A stretch of 64,000 nt of DNA from Phoronis australis (GCA_002633005.1 NMRA01000019.1:876414-940413); one strand, 5' to 3'; positions 27,601 through 41,366 are shown, counted from the first letter of the stretch. Notes: a model not told the origin generated them from the letters alone. A program made the numbers and translations.

Positions 27601-30600
27601 TCAAACGTAAATGATTCCAACTGAGATCGACCTCCTCAAGAGAATCATTGTTTGCTGTAAAAGAAACGAGGCGTATGTAAATAATCTACAAGAGTGATTT
27701 GGATTTATAACAACTTAACCAAGTGAAAACTTTGGCTTGTCTTGCTGTCTACTGCAACGCTGTGGAAAATTGCTCCTTTTAAAGGGTTCGACACAGGTTT
27801 AATTTATCGTTGATTTTAAAGAATTTCTACTTTTCGTTTTTGGCTTACAACAAATTTGCAAAAAATGTGGGAGTCATCGAATCCTCTTCTCCGTTACAGC
27901 TGCTCAAATAAATGTGAAATTTACATGGACTGCTGCTGTTCGATGTCAATTTTATGCTTTGGTTGCCTTAATTCTATTTCCCGATTTACTGATTTTTACG
28001 TCTGCGTAAGTAAACGTTTTTTTCCAAATATTTGATATATTTCATAACTGGCCAACCTCAGCGTCTATATATTTACTATATCTCGTTTTTTTCCCGATTA
28101 TCAGTACCTCAAATTTTAGCGTTTTGGCTTCCTGGTATACACATACACAAAACGTACCGAGAATGGCGTACATGACGTAATATCCTACGAGACATTATTC
28201 CGCGTATCGACCGAGACCGAAATTTTTTCGGCAGATTTTTCAAATACTTCACCCAGACTGTTCACATGGCGGATCACATCCTATATGTATGTACTTGCGC
28301 GTAAGGTTGTAAGTTTTCTCTTGTAAAAGAAACAGTTTTAAAACTAACGATTTATTTCTTGAAAAGAGGTAACAAAGATGAAAACAACGGCAACTGTGCA
28401 GTGAACTTCTAACATCTCCTGGATCTAGTTAAAAAAAACATTTGAAATTTTAGATTCCTAGGAATCGGCGCCTGAGTTCCAGACGATATATTATCCCATG
28501 CGCGTTGAATCTGTCGCGGGAAATACGGCCTTGTAATAAAGTTTTCCGTATTCACCTCCCGCACTACTTCAACAGCGACCTCTGACATGGAAAGTTCAAA
28601 AGGTATGTCAATGTCGACTCGACGTCTTCTGAGCCGGTTCGATCATCAAACTTTCCGAATATAGTTTAAAGTAATACAGTTGCAACAGTGTATCTAACAC
28701 TCGACATGCAACCAGGTCCTAAACGTAAAATCTGGAACAAAACTGTTAATTATAAGATACTTATGTCTCAGTTTTCAAGTGCTGAATAGTATATCGTCTG
28801 CAACTCAAGCGCCGATTCCTAGGAAATTAAAACATCAAATATTTCATTTTTCAACTATTTCCAGGAGATGTTCACTGCTCAACTGACGTTGTTTTCATCT
28901 TTGCTGCCTCTTTTCAAGAAATAAATTGTTACTTCTACAACTGTTTCTTTCACAAGAGAAAACTTGCAACCTAACGCGCAATTACATACATATAGGATGT
29001 GATCCGCCATGTGAACAGTCTGGATGAAGTATTTGAAAAATCTGCCAATACAAGAAACTTAGAGATTCGAAGCGCGCTGGGATAAATACAAAACGTACCT
29101 CGATTGGCGTACATGAAGTAATATCCCACTCGACCTTATTCCGCGGAATAATGTCTCGTGGAATATTACTTCATGTACGTCGCTCTCGGTACGTTTTGTG
29201 TATTTACACATTTGTACTAAGTTTTTCTATTGTTTTGTTTACAATTGATGCCCAGCGCATTTCCTATGAAAATAGAAGAAACTTTTAAGGAGTCGCTGGC
29301 TTCGTTTTCATCTGTTTTAAAGCAAACAAACTTAAGCCAGAATCTGATAAGAATGCACAATTTCACCTCCTCAAAGGCGCAATTTCAACATCACGATTAC
29401 ACCGGTGCATTTACTAGATGGCGATTTTGTCATGTTGGGATTGTGAAAAAACGACGTCGGAGTGAAATTTGATGTAGCGCGCTATTATCAAACGCTAAAA
29501 TAACAAAATGAAAACAAAAACTCAACATTTTAAAACAAAAATCTATTACTTGAAGTGTAAAATCATATTCAAATGTTAGTAAATGTCGTAAGAGAACGAA
29601 TGCATCAAAGCTTTTTTGCAAACCGTCGGATCAATGTAGTCTAGTTGCAAATACCTCCCATAAAGGTTCTGACTGCAGCAAAACATCACTTACCCAAGGC
29701 TTCTGCTAGCTTTTCGCCACCAATTTCACAGAACTGGTTGTGACTGAGATTGAGTTTACGTAACATGTAATTTTCCTGAAATAGCAAAACGTATAGATTT
29801 CTGAGTCACAATGAGACTTATTTCGAAGCTTCAAAGTCTTAACCGAAATCAGTATTTATGTATTGCAAATCAATTCGAAAAACTGGCCATCCTATTTGAT
29901 TGTAATGTTTAGTTTAGAGAAAGTTTATTCCTATACCAATAAGTGCGAAAAAGATGCGGTGCATTTCATATACATGACCTCGCCATATTTTTTGGAATAT
30001 GTAATAATGATAAAAACAGCTCTAATGAAAATAGCGGTGGTAGTGATGATCTTTCTCAAACAAATTTCATAAAGATATTTCATGCCGTGATAAAAATGAA
30101 CCGAGTCTTACCTTAAGTGCCTGCACAAAGAATTCCGCATCCAAACCTTTGAAACGATTTCCAGACAAGTCCACCTCACGTATCTGACAGCTGTCTTGGA
30201 ACAGATCACAAATAGCTCGCGCTCCTTCAGTGCCCAAGTCATTATAAGACAGTTTCTGAAAAAGAATATTCGTGTTCAGCGAGATGACACTATGACGACC
30301 GTGTTTGTGGAGTGCGGCAAGATGATTTTACGGGAAAATCGCGAAAAAGTCTGTTTATATAAGAATTACGGTTGTCCATTTGCAATAGACAAATGTTGAG
30401 ATCGAACGTAATTGGTGTTATATCTCTGAAGTTAGCAAGAGTGCAAATCTCATGGTAGCCCATATCGATATATCTGATGAAATTTCCAACACGAAACTGT
30501 CGGTTTAGTATAACTTTCAGAAACATAAAAAGTGACAAGCTTCTCCGAACAACAGAGCAATCATCTCCGTAAACAAAGTCGATACGAAAACTCGTTTTGC

Positions 30601-33600
30601 TTCCCATAGCTTTCGTAGCGATATTTAAGAATGAAGTCGATAGAACTATTTGAAATTCATTTTGTATTCAAAACCACCAAATCGCATTTCAAACTTTTGT
30701 TGGCATAGAAGAGCAGGGTGATTGTAAAGAAGCGATTTTGGAAGCAAAGTCGCGAAATGCTGGCAGAATTTTGTGAATGACTTAAGCGAAGAACAGTATG
30801 GACTTCCAAACTTTTTTGCTGCCAACGCGGCTGAGTCTGACTCTTCCACCTCATACTATCATACTAACGCGTCAATGCACTGGGCGGATATAGGTGTAGC
30901 TCGTGTCCAATCTATGTTAGCGGTATTTTGAAGTAACTTTGAGTCTAAACTAACACTTCTATGTCACATAGCAACGAAGTGAAAGGGTCTCTATGGTTAC
31001 GTACCAGTGTCTTTATGAATACGTTCTCCTTCAGAGCTTCACACAGTGCACGAGTTCCTTGCGATCCGATACAGTTCTCACTCAGATTAAGATCTGTTAT
31101 AATTGTGTTTGCCTAAAGACAGACAGATGATGGAACGCGTTACACCAGTAGACCCATAAACGAGCAACGATTAATGTATCACCAAATATATAACCAAACT
31201 AGCAAAAGGAATTGTACATCTTTTTATAAAGATTAACTTTTAAAGGTTTTCAATCGGTTAAGGGCGGAAAAACGCATTTGTGGTTATTTTTGCATGCTAT
31301 GCGGACCTTTTACTGAAAAAAATCAACGAGGACTAAAAAAAAACAAAAAAAAAAACGGGGCCACTACTGACCTTCCAATCGTGCATCCGTTTGTGGACTT
31401 TTGTCTCGTTTACGGTTACTTTTTGTTTCATTGAGGTGGACCTTTTTGCCCAATTCACCAAATTCGGGGGCTCGTTCGAGCCCTCGAACCCCCCCCCCGG
31501 GTACGCCCATGTTTTTGGGTTAGGATAGACTGCTTAGAGTGTTGCGGAATGACTCATCTATAAAACTAAACCGTCACATATTGCGTGACAGTAGTACAAG
31601 TGATATCATGGTATCTTTTGAACTATCACCAAGTTTTGTTATGATGTCCCATTTGCTTATTTAATGTCCACACAATCTAAAGTAGTGAGGTTTCTAGGCC
31701 AATACTTCATAAATAACGTAAGCACATATCTTCTCTCAGATAGTCCACATAACAAGCGATAACAAGGGCGGGAACAGCACGGCTCAGTCACATTCGCGGT
31801 CACAGTTCCTCTTTCATAAACGCGACTCGGGCACAATAAATTCAGCTCACTGGTTCACAAACACTGATCACAGGCAAACACTGTGTCGGACAGGACTAAC
31901 GAAACACGGCTAAGTTACGCACCTAAAACAACTCACGACTCTCAAACACGTCTCACCAACCGGCGCCGAACACAACTTACACAAATGGAGTCCGTACACC
32001 GTGTGTTTTTGACCCGGCGGAAGGAGGTACCACACAAAATTCCCTGTGAATGAATGCCTAGCTGATTTAGTTTACTATAAAAGAGTTCGCTTCGCGAATT
32101 CGAAACTCTTCAAAAAGTTCCTTTTGTACGAGCTACAAAAATCAAGAGAAGTGTTTTCTATCTGTATGTTCTTTTAAACTTGACTGCAAAAGATGCACCC
32201 ACTTTTCACAACATGGTGTCTCTTCTGCAGGGCTGATTCCTGTCTAATGGATTGCAAAGACAGCTGTTATACAAAAGGGTCAATTGCATGACCTCTACAA
32301 TTTCTGACCTCGAAATAAACCCCTGCAAAAGGGTGCGTTTTTCTGGAGCGAGTCCTATGAACAGGAGACCGTTTTTCATGGAAGCTCCCTGAGAAATGAG
32401 CCCTCTTTTCAAATCCAATCTCTAAATAGGTGGCTAGGCCTCTTCTAATTTTACAACTCAGCGGCACACATTCAAACATGTAGTCAAGTACCCCCCTGGG
32501 GTGAGCTGTAGCACGTGTTTGTCAGTCGGTTAACTGGGTGTGCCTGGCATGAGTCGTGTTATACGTCAGAACTATGTTTGTGAGTGCGGCAGCCGTGTTG
32601 TTTCCACCCCCTAGATAATATGTTTCCTATTTCCTTGTCACTCCCTCAGTCAGAATGCATTGAAAGCGCAGAACCAAAGCCCTTCAGCTCGAACATCACC
32701 TGTTGTTAACGAAGGGCAAAAGAGGAGTGGGCCACATGTACGATATCTTTTCCGAGTATCGTCTAACAGTCTGTTCACGTGACGGCTGTTCACGGACTAA
32801 GTTAGCTCACGAAATGTTTAAGTTTGAAAGAAAAATATTAGTCTCATTTTTAAAAAGTCGGCCATTCCTTTCATTTTTTGTTGGTTTGGTAAATGTCTGA
32901 CCTACCGATATAGCATATGCCATCACTTGAATGTCCTTCTCTCCCACACACGCCTTGCTCATGTTCAAATATTCCCGAGATAGTTGCCTTGAAAACCTAG
33001 TCGAAGGAATCACCTCGTATTTCTTGCACGCTAGATCATAGAACCGTTTCCCCGTTGGATCAAAAGTTCTCTTGACGCATTGGTTATTACCAACACCTGA
33101 GTTCAGAAAAGAACAGACGATAACAGCTTTACGAAGATCAGGGTATCAGTCAATAAGATTATCGGATGTTTCTCCACGAAGAAATAATTGCATACATCGT
33201 AACAAGATATCTAAAATTGATTCCATACATTATTTTCAGTTACGCCATTAAAATTTAAGCTTCAGTCAAAACATGGATAATCTATTTTCAAGGGTAACAG
33301 TGACGGCAAGTTCCATGGAAACAAACACTTTCATATGTTGACGTCGTAATGTTTCCACTTTTTATTTTTGAACTTCTACTTCGTGTGCAGGCAAATCATT
33401 TTGTTTGCCTTTCATATTTAGCATGTTGAAACAGTTTGTGTGGTCTCTAGTTGAAGGTTTGCAAACACATGTGTTCCTTGGCAGCTGGCTGCAAAAATGA
33501 AACTATTTTTGACAACACGGAATCTCGTTTTCAGTGCCATCGTGACTATGATTAAAGAAAAGTTCGGTATAAACACCTTCTCATTTGAAATGAGCTTTTC

Positions 33601-34412
33601 TCAAATGAATGAGCTTCGAAAAAAGGACTTAAATTGAATACTTAATAAGGTATTGCCCATACAATACCACACTTGCAAATTCACTAATCGGTCTATCCTA
33701 TATATATATAGAGGATATACCACGCAGAAGAATAATGTCAGTGGTATATCCTTTATATATATAGGATAGACCCCTCAACAGAACGACGTCAATCGTTTGA
33801 ATGGTCTATTCTATATACTATTTGGATGAAATTTCTCGTTTCTCAGTTTCATCGAAATTCAAGACGTGTCATAGAAAAGATATGTGTGAGTGTGACCAAG
33901 TAAAAATGAATTTAGTAACAAATTAAATTATGTCTTCCGAGCTCACGCATTTACGAACCATAGTAATAAATTAAGTTACGTCTTCCGTGCTCATGCATTT
34001 ACGAACCATCGATTTCCAAATCTGTGTCATCCGATTCACTACTGCCAAACGATTCAAGAGAATTTCGTCGCTCAAGTTCATGTTCGGACTTCGATGTGGA
34101 TTGTTCAGCTGAGTCAGCGGTCAGTTGCCGTTGCAGTTTCGGTCGAGGTATTCGTCTTTTAGGCAAGTAACTTGTGTGCCGCCACCGTGATCCTCTGAAA
34201 AAGAATAAACATTGTTGGCATGTTGCAGTGAATCAGCATTTTCTTATTTCTCCTGTAGAACCATTTCAACTCCCGTTGAATCAGTTCCGTGCAGATATCG
34301 ATGTTTGTGGACTGATTGCAAGGGGAATAGAGAGAATGTACAGTGTTTCCTCCATTTCGTTGAATTTCCGTAACCGTGAGTGACTAATTAATTCTTACCT
34401 GAACCTGTTCAT
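21685..34412 (-). CDS. LRRC74A: LRRC74-like leucine-rich-repeat protein with a C-terminal EF-hand pair and S/T/P-rich tail (13 coding exons, ~680 aa)
   Basis: Exons 34412-34399, 34194-34007, 33096-32906, 31112-31005, 30255-30112, 29775-29694, 27654-27569, 27367-27173, 26434-26339, 25993-25730, 24627-24542, 23782-23428, 21918-21685 give 2043 nt in one frame with GT-AG ends. It has DTDLEI, YDLACKKYEVIPS, RNI-type LRRs (LNLSENCIG, VDLSGNRF, LNLSHNQF, VDLSWNHLR, LDVSWNGI), AIKRNPNS as in LRRC74A, then EF-hand loops DTNQDWNLSRSE and DKDDSGSIDLSE. The first and last exons are less certain, and the A vs B paralog cannot be resolved. Confidence 0.85.
22094..22515. mobile_element. MITE with ~45-bp imperfect TIRs
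   Basis: GCCCGGTTGCGTGAAACAG..GACTCAACTAAGGTCCCTAAATCT is mirrored by AGATTTAGGGACCTTAGTTGAG..CTGTTTCATGCAACCGAGC. Confidence 0.7.
24717..24787. mobile_element. 71-bp miniature element with 13-bp TIR and 5-bp TSD
   Basis: CATGGGCGGCGCA / TGCGCCGCCCATG flanked by CTACT on both sides (24712-24716, 24788-24792). Confidence 0.8.
28143..29203. mobile_element. Foldback-type element with long inverted arms in an LRRC74-like intron
   Basis: Outer IR 28143-28204 / 29141-29203; inner ~260-bp IR 28230-28490 / 28790-29046; an extra direct copy of the terminal unit at ~29086-29145. Confidence 0.8.
31766..32610. mobile_element. Degenerate MITE-like element
   Basis: GGGCGGGAACAGCACGGCT / AGCCGTGTTGTTTCCACCCC termini with CACAAAC/GTTTGTG subterminal motifs like those of the 15525-16156 element. 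Confidence 0.5.
33690..33772. repeat. Near-perfect 83-bp hairpin
   Basis: GGTCTATCCTATATATATATAGAGGATATACCAC / GTGGTATATCCTTTATATATATAGGATAGACC arms around a ~17-nt loop. Confidence 0.85.
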
Positions 34413-37400
34413 GATTCAAACTCGATGGACGCTTAACTCTGGGCGAAACATTTCGTAAACTTTGTTCAGCATGATTAAACTGGTCGCAACTCAGTGCGAA
34501 TCAAATTTGCTAAAGGGCAACGAACGATTTGCCGAGTTGATAACTCTTAGTTTATAGCGGGCAATAAACATCAAAATTAACGTGGTAAATCACGTTGTTG
34601 CTAGCATTGGTCGCCGTAACAATCAGATGAGTCCTAAATATATAACATCTCTTGGCGCTTTATTGCTTCGATACAGTTGAATTATACTCCCCTGATACTG
34701 GGATGGAAGTTAAGCGAATGAGGTGGAAGTAATTACGTGGTGCGTGGCGAGGAGTATGCCGCTCCTTTTTCTGAGCTCCACTAAATATTATTACTCGTTC
34801 CACTAAATATTATTACTCGTTACTTTTGTGTGCTATTATTCAAGCAAGATCCGTAATTCATTTATCCGCGGATTAGATAAGAACGAGATTTATTTATGTA
34901 GATGTATATGTATTTAGGCTGCAATCCAACAGAACAAGAGAATGTCTTAGCAAAACCCTCTACGGACAATTTTTCTAATGAACTGTGAACATCAATATTT
35001 CAAATCTAAGCACAGAGGAAGTGTTCTGACATGTAAATATAGACTTTATTTCTAAGAACCGCCATGTTGCAGCGGGCGTTTGGGAAGCATTACTCGAACT
35101 AATAAAATATCAATGTCGTTGCAGCGGAAATCACAGAGCACTGTGATAAAGAGACGTGGCAGATCTGTGATCTTTTTAGGGTGGGGAAGAACCACAATTT
35201 TAGAAAGAAAAAGGTACGCCCCTAAAAACCGCATGCCAAAGTTTTTTCCTGGAGGGGGAGGGCCTATGAAGCAGTTAATCAAGTACTATATTTATATTCA
35301 TACTTACATGGTTTCAGTCTGACTCGTAGAGATATAGCAACTCGTGTTGCTTTTATTCAGAGACATTTTTCCTCTTGGATTTCAAATATCCGAACGCTGT
35401 CGTGACTGTATTTTTTCGAACATCACATCAAGATTTGTGATTGGTATCAGATGTCAATTCGACATCTGATTCGTAAACTCCGAAAAAAGGTGAACACAAT
35501 CATCAGTTCAACTTTGCATGACGTCACAGTTTTATCTCGATGGCGATACCTTATAGATACACGAAACCACAAGACGACCCATTCTTTTGCGATAATACAG
35601 CCCGCCTGTGAAAATTATCCTGTATTCTTCGTCCACGATGTCTAATCTTTATAATCCTCTCTTAATCCCCTTCAGTATCCGGGTCGGGACCACAGACATT
35701 GAATATCAACACAATGGTGACAAATGCGGACGAGTGTCAAGAAAGAGATACAAGTCTCGCAGTTTTCAACGTGGATTGAAACTATTGAAACTGTCTCATC
35801 ACAAGATGACTGGAGCGACAACTCACTGTACTCGACACGAAGATACGCGTATTGATCCAAAAACACTGAAATAATACAATCCACCGAAACGCCAATCTAT
35901 ACGATGACTCTCTTCTTGTCCGGTGTCTCTCCTCTCAAAATCCAACAAACTACACCAGACCTTCGTGCCTGACAGCGCTTACCACTGGCAACAAAAGGAG
36001 AAATTATAATGCATCACCTCCCCAAAGGACAATTTCAATACACCCCCACAATACGCGTTGGCCATCTTCCCTTTTGAAATTACGACCCGTACAAATCATT
36101 CGCATTCACAGTACTTTCAACCAAAATGGTATGAATAGATCATTTGTCAGAAAAGCGATTAACACAACTATTAACTTGTTAGGAGTTACCATGGAGGCCG
36201 TCGCCATTGACGGCCGGACGACTGGATGTACATGTAAGCAATAATTACGCGCGAACTTAATTGGCAACTGTTAGGGTTCATGACTTAAAATAAGAATTAT
36301 GTGCAACTTATGCGTTCGGGTACCTAGCCAAAACACACGTTGTAAAGTACAACTTCATATGTGCAATTGTATAGGACCATGTATAAAGATTTTTGAAAAG
36401 GTGGGTTTCTTCGCCCTTGCGAAAATTGAAATGGGGGTTTTATTCTAATAAAATTACTCACATAATATTTCTTGCTGGGATAGGGTCGTTATTTATGCTG
36501 TCAACAAGGGCATCAAAGCCATCATCTACTAAAAACTCTCCAGAATTTACTGAGGTTGGTCAGCTCTAAAATTGCAAATTCAAAAATGACGCATGTACGC
36601 ATTGCCTTTGACATGAGCCGGTAACGGAAAGAAAATTCTGTCAAGGTATATCATATTAAGAGACTCATTTTATGAGAGCAGAAAGTCTAATTTTATTTTC
36701 TCTTTTAACCAGATAAGCAGGGCGAAATGCAACTTTAAATTTAAACTGAAAGTGAATTATCATACTTGATTCCTCCGTACATTTCGTTTGTCCTTCGAAG
36801 TTGCACTTCAAACAGAGAATTTACACTGGCTTCTTCCCCAGGTGGCTCTCCCGCTATACAGGGGCAAGAATCTCATTTATACTCGTAAAGTAACACATGA
36901 CTTATAATGATTACCAAGAAATCCTGGTGATAAGATGAGAACTGGTGAGACAAAGCGTAACATAGTAAGATCAGCGCGCTCGATTTCGTAACTATAATTT
37001 CATACTGTTATAACAGCATTAAATTTTAAAATGATGTTTAAAAGACGGAGTGTTGTGAAAAAACAGTATTTTGTTCAAGAAACTCGTTTGAACTTTCAAT
37101 ACTTCTCGACCAATATGTTCTTATGTATTTCCCATGGCATGGTTTTAGCATTTTTGTCATGGGTCCATAATTACAGAGCTTTTTATCGTTGTTGACAATG
37201 CTTTTCTCGCACCTTCATTGATCTTGTAGATTTAACAGGCCTGCAAAAAATCGGACACGGCTCGGCAGCGACAGAAACAATGACTGCATTGATTTACAAG
37301 TGAAAAACAGCAATAACAGTTGCAGCCATATGGCCTTAGTTCGATAAGGCCAAGGGCCAACACTTAGTTGGTTAAGGCCAAGGGTTACACACGAGATCAC

Positions 37401-38117
37401 GGTGACTGATGATAAGATTTAGTAATAAGCAACTGTACGGTAAATGTCAAGTGTTTTTCCCAGTCAATGTTATGGATTGCTGTGGTTCTTTACAACAATT
37501 GCTATGGAAAGAGTGATCAGTTTTTCAAAGGCTCAGAGAAGTGAATGTATTATGATTACGGTTTTCCACTTTTAGGCACAAACCTAATTGCAAAAACTGG
37601 CATTTTAGCATTTTTAAAAGCTAATTATTTTACTGCAAGTGATGGAACATTCGCCAAAAGCTGTTTTACATCTCCATAGTAAAGCCTACGCTAGTGATGG
37701 ACTAACATTTCATAATTTTTATAGAATTTCACTTGTCGACCAAACTGTGTGCTACGTAAGTGAAGAATTACAATAGGCAGTGTGCCTCGCGCTTTGTTGT
37801 ACTGATGGCTTTTCGAAAGAAGAGATCACCACGACAACCCAGCTGGCCGCAATGAGCGCAGACCCTCCAGACAGCACAGAATGGTCACTCCTGCGATACA
37901 ATTTTCTGATACCTCACGTTGTTGGTGGTCGGCAGCAGCAGTACCATTCTACACCCGCGTCCACTGCACTGGCGCTAGTTCGTAACAAATGCGTAGAACT
38001 GACATAAACCTTATCTTGCAAAATGCACTTGTTTTCATATCATATTTTAAGAGAATATTTAGAGCAACCAAGACATTCCTAGAGTTCTATTTAATAGACT
38101 TTGTACATAAAATTTCA

Positions 38118-41100
38118 GATAGTTTGTACTTACATGTGCGTGCGTGAATTACGTCCGCAAATACTAAATTTGAGTCGTTAATCACCATTTTATCCGGTTA
38201 ATTTTTTATTCATACACGTAATTTACGTGCGAAACTTTGCCCTGTTTGGTCAGTACAACTCTGTGCTACCGTGTATTAGGCCAAGTATCAAATGGAGGCG
38301 AGTGTAGTCACAGTTGTTTAATGCTAAAAAAGACCCGTTCATTCACACGAAGTACTCTTTATAATTCGGGTACGTGTATCATCCTTGCACCCTGTCACTG
38401 ATCCTAAAGTGACATGCAAACTCTAGATAATGTCCCTGGTCTGACAAAAGTCTAATGTTGACCACTAGAGGCGCACGTACATTAGTCTCAAGCTAGCCCT
38501 TATTACCTGCACCTGGTATAGCTCATTGCCTGCACATATGTGTTCTAGAATTCAAATTATTGGATCCAATGTCTAGTGAATCAGAAAATGTATCAAGCCA
38601 CTTGCACCATTTTAGCCGCAGTAAGGAGTGTCCAACATTGCACGAGTAAAACGAATTTTCCATAGCAGCAACAGGGTAATATAAAGTTTGTATGAAATAT
38701 CAAACGTATTCAGTTAAGGCACTTCCATCGATACACGCATTGTCAAAAAGAAAACAATTTCAATCTACATTTCGCTCTTTTTAGCTGTTTAACAGGCTAA
38801 GAACGAAACTCGAATTACTATTGAGGCATTTTATTCTCATAAAATCAATCTCCTGGTATTACTTACCGTGATAGGATATCATTTCTATTACCAACTCGTC
38901 ACAGGCAAACGTTTACATGATTCATTTTCGAAATCGCAATTTTAGGATTGACTAACTCCAATAAACTCTGAAGCGTTCTTTTGATTGTCTGACGGTTTCC
39001 ATGTTCTTGATGGCAATAGAAATGGAATCTTATCACTTTAAGGAATATTATGAAACCGATCTCATGAGAGTAACATGCATCCAGATTTGTTCCTTAGCCA
39101 GCTAAAAAGAACGAAATGCATTTTTTTGTTTGGATATTGTAGCAAATTGTGGGAACAATTAGCAAACGTGTTTAGAATTACAAACACGCTCAGCATATTG
39201 GTAGTTTACAATTGACACCTCCAAAACAGCCAGTCACATCTCTGACTGTAAAGCGTAGTTTCTTTGTTACAGTGTAGTTTTTACGTGAATTTTGTCTTGA
39301 GAGCTCGAACTAAAGCGTAATTTCAACATTTTAGTGAAAACATTCAACTTTATTAAGATTCCATACAATGGGTCGTACGTTNAAAACTCGTGAGAAGCCT
39401 GTTATAAATTATATATAATCATTAGACTCTTACACAGAGACGTTGCAAACGTCCGTAGCCAAGTAGGCCAAATTCAAGTAAATTTTAGTTATTATAGCAT
39501 TGAACTTAAATGCAGGAGTAAAGTATCAATTGAACATTTAAATAAAAAGGAAGTTTATGAGCAGTTCAGTTTAAAATATGTTGCCCGAGATTTTTGGCTT
39601 TCAGCATACACGTATTTCCACTCAAAAAGTATCGCCAGCTTCCGGCAATAATTATCCCACGGTTGGCAAGTTACCCATCAAGTGAGCCGGAGTATCAACT
39701 TCGCTTTAGAGAGCAGCACTGGTGAACCAACTACGATGCGGGTTGGTGTTTCATCACTTTTGGAGGTGAAATGAGTATTTTTTTCTACAAATTTTCTATC
39801 GGTCTTCGTCTTATACAGGACCAGCTGCATTTGTTTTGAAGTAGTTAATCGACTTGGTATTGCTCTAAAACTAGGAAATTGTATGAAGTCAATTTTGACC
39901 GTGCTGTTGATACACCACAACAACACTCATTGTGTTCACTACAACCCTCGGTGCTGGGTCTCTTTTTACCAGCGTAAATTAATCATTGACGGCGTAAATT
40001 AGCTATTTATATTCGTAATTTGTTTTATTTTTTTTTTGGTTCTAACAACTAAGTACAAGACCATGCTTGAGCGAGTCCGCCATATTTTGACCCTTGTCGA
40101 TCGATAGTTTGTACTTACATGTGCGTGCGTGAATTACGTCCGCAAATACTAAATTTGAGTCGTTAATCATCATTTTATCCGGTTAATTATTTATTCATAC
40201 ACGTAATTTACGTGCGAAACTTTGCCCTGTTTGGTCAGTACAACTCTGTGCTACCGTGTATTAGGCCAAGTATCAAATGGAGGCGAGTGTAGTCACAGTT
40301 GTTTAATGCTAAAAAAGACCCGTTCATTCACACGAAGTACTCTTTATAATTCGGGTACGTGTATCATCCTTGCACCCTGTCACTGATCCTAAAGTGACAT
40401 GCAAACTCTAGATAATGTCCCTGGTCTGACAAAAGTCTAATGTTGACCACTAGAGGCGCACGTACATTAGTCTCAAGCTAGCCCTTATTACCTGCACCTG
40501 GTATAGCTCATTGCCTGCACATATGTGTTCTAGAATTCAAATTATTGGATCCAATGTCTAGTGAATCAGAAAATGTATCAAGCCACTTGCACCATTTTAG
40601 CCGCAGTAAGGAGTGTCCAACATTGCACGAGTAAAACGAATTTTCCATAGCAGCAACAGGGTAATATAAAGTTTGTATGAAATATCAAACGTATTCAGTT
40701 AAGGCACTTCCATCGATACACGCATTGTCAAAAAGAAAACAATTTCAATCTACATTTCGCTCTTTTTAGCTGTTTAACAGGCTAAGAACGAAACTCGAAT
40801 TACTATTGAGGCATTTTATTCTCATAAAATCAATCTCCTGGTATTACTTACCGTGATAGGATATCATTTCTATTACCAACTCGTCACAGGCAAACGTTTA
40901 CATGATTCATTTTCGAAATCGCAATTTTAGGATTGACTAACTCCAATAAACTCTGAAGCGTTCTTTTGATTGTCTGACGGTTTCCATGTTCTTGATGGCA
41001 ATAGAAATGGAATCTTATCACTTTAAGGAATATTATGAAACCGATCTCATGAGAGTAACATGCATCCAGATTTGTTCCTTAGCCAGCTAAAAAGAACGAA

Positions 41101-41366
41101 ATGCATTTTTTTGTTTGGATATTGTAGCAAATTGTGGGAACAATTAGCAAACGTGTTTAGAATTACAAACACGCTCAGCATATTGGTAGTTTACAATTGA
41201 CACCTCCAAAACAGCCAGTCACATCTCTGACTGTAAAGCGTAGTTTCTTTGTTACAGTGTAGTTTTTACGTGAATTTTGTCTTGAGAGCTCGAACTAAAG
41301 CGTAATTTCAACATTTTAGTGAAAACATTCAACTTTATTAAGATTCCATACAATGGGTCGTACGTT
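38118..41366 (+). repeat. 1264-bp near-identical direct duplication (38118-39381 and 40103-41366) next to a single-N gap
   Basis: Constant offset of 1985 and very few mismatches; copy 1 ends exactly at the N at 39382. Confidence 0.9.

Noticed and set aside
34399-34412. LRRC74-like N-terminus MNRFR equals the start of human ZFYVE28 (MMNRFR)
   Set aside because: A five-residue coincidence; the local ZFYVE28 begins [12 protein letters not shown] at 61221 and no DNA similarity is visible.
35300-35900. Possible additional upstream exon of the LRRC74-like gene (donor-like GTAAGT at ~35302-35307)
   Set aside because: All three - strand frames contain stops; at most an untranslated exon, which I cannot support.
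37780-38007. 75-aa ORF with a faint THAP-like start (CLALCC...P...W)
   Set aside because: It lacks the C-x-x-HF zinc ligands and has no splice or start support.
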